Under the pieces are notes generated by a model. That model saw only the letters and a program-made list of their open reading frames with translations. It made no database searches and had not been told where the DNA came from. Positions 19,513-28,048 of a DNA stretch of 64,000 nt are shown piece after piece (within the stretch, counting starts at the first letter, position 1; every line of letters starts with the position of its first letter). This DNA is from Desulfatiglandales bacterium (lineage in GTDB: Bacteria; Desulfobacterota; DSM-4660; Desulfatiglandales; Desulfatiglandaceae): positions 6,432,001 to 6,496,000 of the forward strand of contig OY759599.1 of assembly GCA_963662465.1 (NCBI GenBank), written 5' to 3'. The translations under genes were made by a program, and so were the position numbers.

Positions 19513-21978
19513 ATGAAAAGATCCATTGTTCTGAGTATGTGGCAATTATGGCTTATTTTGTTTTTTTTTACATCGACTGTTTATGCGGATTACGGGTTGA
19601 TGCTTGGTTCTTTTAAGGATCAGGCTAATGCACAAAAATATTTGAATGAGTTCCAAAATGGAAACAAGGTTTCGACAGAGAATGCCTTTATCGAAAACAT
19701 ACAGATGCTCGGAAAAGGCATTTGGTACAGGGTCTGTTTGGGACCCTTTGTCAGCAGGGAGGATGCTGTAAAAAAACAGATTTTTCTTCAATCCAGGGGG
19801 CATGACAGCGTTGTTGTTTCCATAAATGCGCCTGAAATACGCCTCTCATCGGGAAAATCTCTTGAATCTTCCCCCCAACCTCTTTCATTAATACCATCCG
19901 AGCCGGATGCTGCTCCCTTGAAAAATGACCCGCCGTTGATTGCCGCTGACGCTTCAGGACCCAAGGATGTCCATGCCGGGACCGCAACGTCATTGCCTGT
20001 TGATGGATCATCACATTTGCCCGAGAGAGAAGACAGCGTTTCCACGAGTGAATCGACACTACAATCGAATACCCATGAGGGACAGACGGCTTCAACGGGA
20101 TCACAGGCAAATTCGATGATTGTATATCCGGGGGACATCCTGAATATCGAAGTCCCCACCCAGAAACAGATGAGTCAAGATTATGACGTTGATCCCGAGG
20201 GTAGGATATTTATGATGTCGGTCGGGGAAATCAGGATTGGCGGTCTTGATCTTTCTTTGATTCAGAAGAAAATTACAGTCCTTCTGAAGCAGCTTATTCC
20301 CAAAGAAGAAAAACCGACCGTAACGCTTGTTGGCAGAATGCGGTATATCAATATCAGAGGCGGGGTCAATTACCCGGGTTGGTACCGCGTTTCAGCAGTA
20401 TCTAACCTGGATGATCTGGTGGAAATGGCGGGTGGCCTTGTTGCGGGAGCGGATTTTTCGGAAATCAAAATCAAACGTCCCACAAAGACCGGGTTCCGGG
20501 ATATAAACGCCAGAGGTCGGATTTCCCTGGAACCAAATGATGTCCTGATGGTGCCCACGCCCCAAAAATATGAGAGAAAGATTGACAGCGGGGATCTTTT
20601 GTTTATCAACATTCCTGAAAGAGCAAGTGGTGAACCAGGTTTATCCGAGATAGAAAGAAAGGTGACGCAAAACAAGATTGAGGTTGATAAATCCGGCTAC
20701 ATCTACATTCCGGACTATGGGCACATTTATGTCAAAAATTTACTGACAACAGAAGTATCCAAGATTATTACAAACCGGCTTCCAAAATACCTTGCTCGTT
20801 CCGCAAAAGTGCATGTGAATATCATAGAGAAAAAGCACTATGTGCAGATCGGCGGCCATGTGGCAACACCGGGGTGGTATAGTGTTCCGGAATCGGATAA
20901 TATTCAGGCGGCCCTGAGTGTGGCGGGCGGCGCCGTGGACGGCGCCATTTTGAGCAAGGTGACCGTAACCCGTAAATGGGGGGGGCAAACTCGAGAGGTA
21001 AGGGTCAATTTATACCAGTTTACCGTTACGGGAGATGTCAGGCTGCTTACTCCTGTCCACGAAGATGATTCTATTTTTGTGCCCATTTCGGCGGCTTTCG
21101 GAGACGTGAAACGTACGCTCAGCAACTGGCAACCGCCCCCATCGAAGTTGGAGGAGGATACGGGCAGCAAGGTTCGCATCTTTGGTGCTGTGGGCAGTCC
21201 CGGAGTTTATGAACCCAAGGAGGACATGAATATCCTCGATTTGTTGATCCTGGCCGGCGGAAACAGGGATGACGCCGATTTGGCCAAAACAATGCTGATT
21301 CGGGAAAACAAGACTCAAATTTATGACCTGAATGCTTTGATACTTGGAAGCACACAGGGTAAAGCGAAGATACCGAAGGTCCAAAACGGGGATGCCGTTT
21401 ATGTCGCCTTTGTAAAAAAGGCAAGCTATGAGAAACAGGACCCTAAGGAAATGATAAGGATTTTCGGAGCGGTTAAAAAGCCGGGCATTTATGAGGTCTC
21501 TCCAGATATGAACATCATAGACGTATTTTCACTGGCGAACGGGCAGACTTATGATGCTGATTTGAAAAAGGTGAATATCGCAAGGGCAAACGGTACATTT
21601 GAAATGTTGGATTTGCAGGAATATTTTGACGCGAAACTATCCGACCCAACGAAACTACCGATAATCAATGCCAGCGATACCGTATATGTTCATTATCTGC
21701 AACATCTGAGTTTGGAGAAAAAGGAGCCTGTTTACCTTTTGGGCAAAGTCAAATCTCCAGGGCAGTATCAATTGGCAACTGGGGGCATGACGGTTTATCA
21801 AATGATTGCATATGCCGGTGGCCTCGATGAGTGGGCTGATACTGAAAACATCATGGTTATTCGGATGGTTAGTGGAAGACAGCGCAATATTCACTATAAT
21901 CTCCGAAAGGCGCTTTCGGGAAAATATCCTGAGCTGAATATTAGATTGAGATCTTTTGATACCATTTATGTGCCATAA
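19513..21978 (+). CDS. Polysaccharide export (OPX/Wza-like) protein with N-terminal SPOR domain and multiple SLBB repeats
   Basis: Signal peptide; LGSFKDQANA..WYRVCLGPF.SREDA (SPOR); two Poly_export-like segments; repeated GxVxxPGxY..AGG SLBB units; ends DTIYVP. Confidence 0.85.
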   Translation: MKRSIVLSMWQLWLILFFFTSTVYADYGLMLGSFKDQANAQKYLNEFQNGNKVSTENAFIENIQMLGKGIWYRVCLGPFVSREDAVKKQIFLQSRGHDSVVVSINAPEIRLSSGKSLESSPQPLSLIPSEPDAAPLKNDPPLIAADASGPKDVHAGTATSLPVDGSSHLPEREDSVSTSESTLQSNTHEGQTASTGSQANSMIVYPGDILNIEVPTQKQMSQDYDVDPEGRIFMMSVGEIRIGGLDLSLIQKKITVLLKQLIPKEEKPTVTLVGRMRYINIRGGVNYPGWYRVSAVSNLDDLVEMAGGLVAGADFSEIKIKRPTKTGFRDINARGRISLEPNDVLMVPTPQKYERKIDSGDLLFINIPERASGEPGLSEIERKVTQNKIEVDKSGYIYIPDYGHIYVKNLLTTEVSKIITNRLPKYLARSAKVHVNIIEKKHYVQIGGHVATPGWYSVPESDNIQAALSVAGGAVDGAILSKVTVTRKWGGQTREVRVNLYQFTVTGDVRLLTPVHEDDSIFVPISAAFGDVKRTLSNWQPPPSKLEEDTGSKVRIFGAVGSPGVYEPKEDMNILDLLILAGGNRDDADLAKTMLIRENKTQIYDLNALILGSTQGKAKIPKVQNGDAVYVAFVKKASYEKQDPKEMIRIFGAVKKPGIYEVSPDMNIIDVFSLANGQTYDADLKKVNIARANGTFEMLDLQEYFDAKLSDPTKLPIINASDTVYVHYLQHLSLEKKEPVYLLGKVKSPGQYQLATGGMTVYQMIAYAGGLDEWADTENIMVIRMVSGRQRNIHYNLRKALSGKYPELNIRLRSFDTIYVP

Positions 21979-22015
21979 AGCGGGATACTCGCAACCCAAA
22001 GATGAAGTTGTAGGA

Positions 22016-22048
22016 GTCAGTTGTCAGTTGTCAGTTATCAGTTGTCAG
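22016..22048 (+). repeat. (GTCAGTT)n heptamer array, left arm
   Basis: GTCAGTTGTCAGTTGTCAGTTATCAGTTGTCAG. Confidence 0.9.
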
Positions 22049-22062
22049 CGCTGGAGGCTATT

Positions 22063-22408
22063 TTGAAATTTGAGGATTTGGAAGTATGGAAGAGGTCTTC
22101 ACGATTATGTGCAGATTTGTATAAACATTTTCAAGATATTAAAGATTTTGGGTTTCGTGATCAGATTACCCGGTCTGCTTTATCAATACCAAGCACGTGC
22201 AGAAGGTGTGGAACGAGACTCAAAAAAAGATTTTGCCAGGTTTCTGCAATATTCAAAAGGTTCTTGTGGAGAATTAAGAACACAAATTTATATTGGTATT
22301 GATATTGATTATATTGAACCAGCAGTTGGCAAAAAATGGATTCAGGAAACAAAAGAACTCTCGGCGATGCTCGTAGGTCTTAGCAAATCCCTAAAGAAGA
22401 TAAATTAG
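22063..22408 (+). pseudogene. Four-helix-bundle protein (23S-IVS/TIGR02436-like), frameshifted
   Basis: KFEDLEVWK..RDQITRSALSIPS / AEG.ER.SKKDFARFL.YSKGSCGELRTQ; frameshift at ~22195-22198, where SNIAEG is expected; GGAGG RBS before TTG. Confidence 0.88.
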
Positions 22409-22423
22409 TATCGATATGCTTTT

Positions 22424-22444
22424 ACTGACAACTGACAACTGATA
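22424..22444 (-). repeat. Heptamer array, right arm (inverted relative to 22016-22048)
   Basis: ACTGACAACTGACAACTGATA. Confidence 0.88.
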
Positions 22445-22580
22445 CCATATAACGATTTTCTTGTTTTTTGTGACAGAAAACTCAAGTGATAGGCTATAAA
22501 GGCGCAGAGGCGCAGAGAACAGAGGAAAGATGACGGAGAATGGATGGGCAGTTTGCAGCATAGTGGCTTAGGGGAACTTG

Positions 22581-22817
22581 ATGCCAACGATTAAGGATAT
22601 CAGTGGGGCTTACCGGTTTTTCTTTTACAGCTTCGACTGTAACGAACCAAAGCATGTCCACGTACAACGAGAGAAATTTACATGCAAGTTTTGGCTTAAG
22701 CCAGTTGCTCTCAGCAAGAATTATGGCTTTCCTCCAAAGGAATTAAGAAATATTTTCAAAATTGTAAGGTCCAATCAAAACAGAATTGAGGAGGCCTGGA
22801 ATGAACATTGCGATTAA
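22581..22817 (+). CDS. DUF4160-family protein (putative toxin-antitoxin component)
   Basis: MPTI...YRFFFYS..EPKHVHV...KFWL. Confidence 0.85.
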   Translation: MPTIKDISGAYRFFFYSFDCNEPKHVHVQREKFTCKFWLKPVALSKNYGFPPKELRNIFKIVRSNQNRIEEAWNEHCD

Positions 22818-23061
22818 TCAAATAGAACCGAGGCTATTGGATGTTCGGGTCTCTGAAGAGGAAATCATCGTTTTTCTTGCTGATGGGCGAACAGTAAGTG
22901 TCCCTCTGGCTTGGTCTTGGCGACTATCAGAAGCATCACAGAAGGCACGCCAAAACTTTCAAATAATCGGAGATGGGCAAGGTATCCACTGGCCGGATGT
23001 GGACGAAGATATAAGCGTTGTGGGTATGCTGGGCGGTTTACCGGCCCGGCGACCATCATAA
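22801..23061 (+). CDS. DUF2442-family protein (putative toxin-antitoxin component)
   Basis: LADGRTVSVPLAW.RL..A; GIHWPDVDEDISV; overlaps the upstream gene. Confidence 0.85.
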   Translation: MNIAINQIEPRLLDVRVSEEEIIVFLADGRTVSVPLAWSWRLSEASQKARQNFQIIGDGQGIHWPDVDEDISVVGMLGGLPARRPS

Positions 23062-23228
23062 GGGGCATAGGTCAGGAAAAGACAGAGAAAAGATGCCTTG
23101 GGGGGCAAAGCTCCTTGCCTGATCTCATATAAAACGGGCGAACCAAAATACTGCGTAATCTTGCGCAATTATTTTTTGCTGAGGCCCTGAAAAGCCAGAA
23201 AGCTCAAAGCATGGAAGCTTCAAAGCTT

Positions 23229-23361
23229 GACAGTCCAGTAAAAAGTCCCCAAGCCCGTCACCCCCGCGAAAGCGGGGGTCCATAAACCCCTGATGTTACT
23301 GGATTCCCGCGTTCGCGGGAATGACGAAAACGGGTCATTGCTGACTTTTTACGAGTTTGTC
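23229..23361. mobile_element. 133-bp MITE-like element carrying two inverted REP-like hairpins
   Basis: Terminal IRs GACAGTCCAGTAAAAAGTC / GACTTTTTACGAGTTTGTC (15/19 match); AAAGCTT on both flanks (23222-23228, 23362-23368); internal hairpins at 23257-23282 and 23300-23325. Confidence 0.8.
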
Positions 23362-23383
23362 AAAGCTTGAAGCGAAGTCAAAA

Positions 23384-25267
23384 ATGAACAGGAATGATGT
23401 TGCGATAGATTTGAAAAAGAATTCAAAAAATAATTCTGCCGTCATATCAGGCGTTGTGGCTTCCCTCTTATTGCCCATCGTGTTCTCTTCTTTTTTTTTT
23501 CTTATCGTCAATCAACTTACTTCTGCATTCGGTGAACAGAGCCAAGCCAACGTGGGTCGAGTGTGTCTTTATTCACTGTTACAGAGATATCCCATTGCTT
23601 CAAGTGAAATACAATCGCGTCTATCCGGCGGACAACGAAACACACGTTCAAACAGGCTGATCGAAGTGCCTGAACATACGTTCATTCAAAAATCCACGAT
23701 AAAGATCAATGATCTCATCGTTTCTCCTGCTTGGGGCGTAAAGATGCAAGGCCGGTCTGTCAACCCTGTATATACTCCCATCCACGCCCATGAAAATGTG
23801 AGAGATGTCGAAGTCAGGACCGGGCGTGATAATGTGGAAGAGAAATTTTACACTGCTTTCAACCTGACCAAAACCCGCAAAGATCCTATGAAATCTCTAT
23901 CTGCTAAGATACCGCCACGCGAAAATCCGTCCGGCGGCGATAATCTATTGGAAGGCGCCGGGGGCTCACTTGGCGATTTTTTTGAGGGTGGAACTGTTTC
24001 CACACCTTCAAAAGGGGCGTATCGAATTGAAGTCTCCCCCAGGATAAGTATAAAAGAAGAATATGATGACAATATTACATTGCTCAATAAAAACCCGATT
24101 GGGGATTATTCAACAACGGTTTCTCCCGGCCTAAAGATAAGTGCTGATTCGGGCAGCAATGGTTTAGACCTGGATTACGAATTTGGTTGGGTTAAATACC
24201 ATAAAAGCACCAAAAATGATTATATCCAACATCTCGGAACTTTAGGATTATGGCAGAAAATCGGCAGCCACTTAACTTTTCGACTGACAGACGCCTATAT
24301 TAAGTCAAATGATTATCTTGCAGATCTTAATCAATTCCCAGTGACCCAAAGGGTTGCTAATACGCTAAGTGCTTATCAAAGAAATGACGCCAAGGCGGTT
24401 TTGGATTTCCAATTTGGCCCCAAAAACCATTTTGTGGTCGGATATATTTACAATATTTTGGATAATGATGATCCGTCCTTAGAAGATGCAAGGGAGCAGG
24501 GTCCATCTGCAGCGCTATCATACTGGTTCACCCAGAAAGATGGACTGGATTTGAGCTATGAGAATCTCAGGTACATTTATGATCAGCCTGATTATTATAA
24601 TAATTGGAAAGACCTGAACGCACATAATATGCGGGGCGCCTATGTTCACCAATTTGGAGTTCGTTCAACCGGTAGCCTTTATTATGCACTTTCCATACGG
24701 AAATCTATCGATTTCCCCATACAATATGAGATCCATGATGTCGGGGCAGGTTTTGACCACCGCTTTTCATCTTCTACCTCTTTATCATTGGGTTTGGGAT
24801 ATTATAAACCAACCGGCGATACTTCATTGCCCGGAACACCCGCTTTGAACCCTGGCGTAACTTCTTTGATTGAGCTGAGAAAAAGTTTTCAACACGGGAG
24901 CGTTTCTTTAGGTGTCACGTCTGGATGGGATGATGGTTTATTGGAGGTGATACCCAGGGGGTTTACAAAGTTTGGGGGGGCGTTTGGTCGCTTTGATTAT
25001 GAACCGATTGAAAATGTGAGTGTTTTTGGTGGGGTAACATATCGAAAAAATAGATATGCGAATGAAGAAATCGACATTCTTCTGAATCAGGCAACGGAAG
25101 ACGAAACGTATCAAGGTCGGTGCGGTGTAGATTGGAGGCTTTGTCGATGGTTTACGTTGGGATTGCTTTATACTTATACGAACCGGATAAGTCCTGATCC
25201 TGAAGATGAGTTTGTGGATAACAGAATTGGGTTGATTTTTACGGCGGAAAAACCTTTTAAATGGTAG
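23384..25267 (+). CDS. Outer-membrane beta-barrel protein associated with polysaccharide export
   Basis: PRISIKEEYDDNI, alternating aromatic strands, C-terminal DNRIGLIF; start 23384 because the ORF-track start lies inside the MITE. Confidence 0.75.
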   Translation: MNRNDVAIDLKKNSKNNSAVISGVVASLLLPIVFSSFFFLIVNQLTSAFGEQSQANVGRVCLYSLLQRYPIASSEIQSRLSGGQRNTRSNRLIEVPEHTFIQKSTIKINDLIVSPAWGVKMQGRSVNPVYTPIHAHENVRDVEVRTGRDNVEEKFYTAFNLTKTRKDPMKSLSAKIPPRENPSGGDNLLEGAGGSLGDFFEGGTVSTPSKGAYRIEVSPRISIKEEYDDNITLLNKNPIGDYSTTVSPGLKISADSGSNGLDLDYEFGWVKYHKSTKNDYIQHLGTLGLWQKIGSHLTFRLTDAYIKSNDYLADLNQFPVTQRVANTLSAYQRNDAKAVLDFQFGPKNHFVVGYIYNILDNDDPSLEDAREQGPSAALSYWFTQKDGLDLSYENLRYIYDQPDYYNNWKDLNAHNMRGAYVHQFGVRSTGSLYYALSIRKSIDFPIQYEIHDVGAGFDHRFSSSTSLSLGLGYYKPTGDTSLPGTPALNPGVTSLIELRKSFQHGSVSLGVTSGWDDGLLEVIPRGFTKFGGAFGRFDYEPIENVSVFGGVTYRKNRYANEEIDILLNQATEDETYQGRCGVDWRLCRWFTLGLLYTYTNRISPDPEDEFVDNRIGLIFTAEKPFKW

Positions 25268-25348
25268 GGGTTGTGGGAATCATTTCCGGTGGGGGAAATT
25301 GATTGAACTTAAAGCCTGGCCAAAGCTATTCGGAATTTTTGAAAAGAT

Positions 25349-25666
25349 GAATATCGAATATCGAACAAGGAATGTAGAATGACGAAGGGGAAGTCAGAGT
25401 TTGATCTTGAAGACCGTTTGATTGATTTCGCTGTGCGTATTATTCGAACATCAGAATCTTTGCCGAAAAGTAAAGTTGGGAAACACATTGCTGGTCAACT
25501 TATTCGTATCAGAGCCGACCTGATAAAACCAGCATCGAAACTCGAAGCTTTGATTGATGAAAGTGACCAACTGATTTCAATTTTTGTAAAAAGTGTAAGC
25601 ACCGCCATGCAAAATTTAAAGAAAACTTCATAATTCGACATTCCCTTGTTCAATATTCTGCGGTTC
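25349..25666. repeat. ~40-bp inverted arms built from GAATATC-like heptamers bracketing the gene
   Basis: Left (25349-25387) GAATATCGAATATCGAACAAGGAATGTAGAATGACGAAG; reverse complement of right (25626-25666) GAACCGCAGAATATTGAACAAGGGAATGTCGAATTATGAAG. Confidence 0.85.
25379..25633 (+). pseudogene. Four-helix-bundle protein with in-frame central deletion
   Basis: FDLEDRLIDFAVRII..LPK..HIAGQLIR joined directly to ADLIK..LIDESDQLISIFVKS; the usual SGTS..NY.EA..S..DF.HK..KE..ET core is missing. Confidence 0.8.
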
Positions 25667-25891
25667 AAAAACATATATAATTCCAAATAATTACAGGTCT
25701 TCCTGATAAATTTTTCGGTAAAGAGTTGCATGGAAAAGCACGATTGTATAGAATCGTAAACATAGCGTGAGGTTAAAGGCTGCCAATTCTAAGCTGAGAG
25801 GAAGAATCGCCCCATGATGAAAACAACCGGCATCGCCTGTTTGGCCTGATGCTCATGGATTATTTTTCTGACCGGGGCTTTCGAGTTCCCA

Positions 25892-26360
25892 GATGGCCAC
25901 TTCAAAATCCCCCACTTGTGGCCACCCCAAAATCCCCCACCTGTGAAGGTGGTCGTGTAGGATCTTGACCGTGGCAATGGAAAGATCTTCAGCGACAAAA
26001 CGGCTACACTTTATTCTTTTTTCTTCCCTATGGCAAGCTTTTCTGCAGCCTCCTTTAGCTTGTAGCTTTTTCCTTCAAATTTGAGCAAATCGCCTCGGTG
26101 GAGCAACCTGTCAAGGATCGCAGAGGATGCGGCATTGTCTCTGAGCAGTTTACCCCAGTCCTCCACCGGACGGTTCGGTTTGATGTTATGAGTGTTCTTT
26201 TTCTTTTGGAATAACGATTCAGTATGATATCAAGAAGATCATCTGCCGCATGTTCAGGGACCCTTTTTCTCAGGAAAAGATCATCTATTATCAGCAAGTC
26301 TGCTTCTGAAAAAAGCTTTGTTATTTTTTTTGTCTTCCCTGTTTGGGCAGCTTCTGAGAG
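25892..26360 (-). mobile_element. istB: IS21-family remnant: istB 3' fragment plus end repeats
   Basis: DLLIIDDL..L.DIILNRY...TLITSN, frameshift, then DRLLHRG..LKFEGKSYKL; tandem TGGCCACnnCAAAATCCCCCAC repeats at 25894-25941. Confidence 0.8.
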
Positions 26361-26859
26361 TGGACTCGCAAATTGATGTAAACGTTGCCAACTTATATGG
26401 TGGAGTAGCGAAGAAAAAATCGGAAGTGCTTCTCGGTCTAATGAAAAGTGTTTTTTTAAGGCATGGTCATGAGCTTGAATAATAAGTGATCTTTATGGCA
26501 TCAATGGATGTAAATTTTTCAGGCTGGAAGAGACACTTTGCCGAGGTTATGTTTGAACACAATTTAAAAGATTATAAGGATGGACAGGATTCCAATATCC
26601 TGTTCATCTGAAAAATCCTGTTTATCGTGGTTAAGACAGTGAGGTGATCAACCATGGTGGTTAAACTTTGCCCCTACAATCCTGGCCGAAACGATGATCA
26701 AGGCCTTTTCAATTATGAAATTGGAAACTAAAGAATTGATTCTGGGTTCTTTACTATTGGTCCATTTCTTGATAAGAAGAGTTTCGATTCTGCCGAATTC
26801 CGGGCATGATGAAAAAAAACCCCGGGGCAGGGACCATCTAACAGAAAGGATGAAACAAA

Positions 26860-27201
26860 ATGGCATCAAAGGACAAGGAATCGAGATTGGGGCAAATGAG
26901 CTACTGGGAAGAACAGTTGAACCAGCGGCTTGCCCTGTTGGCTGAAAAAGGCGATGCACCTGAAAAAATCGCCAAGGACACCGAAGTTAAAAAAATCCGC
27001 GCCAAAATAAGGGAAACCCGCGATCGGCTCAAAGCCATCGAGGAAAGAGAAAAAAAGCTGGAGGATATGGCCAAGGCCAAGGTTGAAAAAGCGGCCATGC
27101 CCAAAAAATCCAAAAAGAAGAAAAAGGAAGAGGAATCGCCTGAAGAAAGTAAACGTCAGCAGAAAAAGAAAAAGAAAAAAGAAAAGAAACCCAAGGATTA
27201 A
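26860..27201 (+). CDS. Hypothetical Lys/Glu-rich coiled-coil protein
   Basis: 113-aa ORF after AGGA; charged helical sequence with poly-Lys tail. Confidence 0.7.
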   Translation: MASKDKESRLGQMSYWEEQLNQRLALLAEKGDAPEKIAKDTEVKKIRAKIRETRDRLKAIEEREKKLEDMAKAKVEKAAMPKKSKKKKKEEESPEESKRQQKKKKKKEKKPKD

Positions 27202-27788
27202 TGTTTTCCTGGGATTTTCAGGCCTTTTTTAAAGCGCTCGGTTTCAGCCTCGTCCATTTTTAGCAGGGATTCGGGGCTGAACTTTAACTTGCAAAACAGT
27301 TTTTCTTCCACCTGCCAACATCGCTTGAAATTCAATTTTATGGCCTTGCACAGCTGTTCCTGATCTCGCCCGTAACGTTTGAGGATGTAATCCTGCCGTT
27401 CTTCGAGGGTAACGATTTTGTCATGCTTTACCCGTTTATCCGCGTAAAACACTACCACCTTTTCAGAATTGGTTCCGTTTAGATGGTAGTCCTTCAACTT
27501 GACATGTTCCCCCACGATATCGGCGATTTCATCAAGACCGTTTTCGATACAGATCTGTTTCCCTAGTTCAGCATGGTTCTCCCCTGATGTCAATGAAGGC
27601 GTTTTTCCGATATCATGCATCAGCGCCCCGACCGTTGTTTTTAAGACGGAGATATCCATGTTGACGTCCCGAAGTCCTTCCGCAATCATACGGGCCACCC
27701 TTGCCACAACCACTGAATGGGCTTTGATGTGCTCAAGCATATGATATTGATCCATGAAATGGTAGCAGTCTCTGATGGATGGGATCAT
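27198..27788 (-). CDS. HD-domain (HDIG) phosphohydrolase
   Basis: HS..VA, ALMHDIGK, HAELG, YADKRV. Confidence 0.88.
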   Translation of the reverse strand: MIPSIRDCYHFMDQYHMLEHIKAHSVVVARVARMIAEGLRDVNMDISVLKTTVGALMHDIGKTPSLTSGENHAELGKQICIENGLDEIADIVGEHVKLKDYHLNGTNSEKVVVFYADKRVKHDKIVTLEERQDYILKRYGRDQEQLCKAIKLNFKRCWQVEEKLFCKLKFSPESLLKMDEAETERFKKGLKIPGKH

Positions 27789-28048
27789 GATTGACCTCTT
27801 CTTTTATTTTTAATTACGGGCCTGATCATTACCAGGTTCACCTCGGTCATTCAAGCAAAAATCAAAAAATACACCACAGACATTGAGCGCACAAAGATGA
27901 CCACGGTAATAGCTTGGAATCAAATGGTTTCCTAAGTATTCTCGGTGTTTTGGTGGAATTTCGCTCCGCCAAACCAGGGAAACCCTTCGAATTTTCCTCA
28001 CGGAACAGCGCCCAAACATGAACGTTATTCATTCAGGGGGGATTGGTC

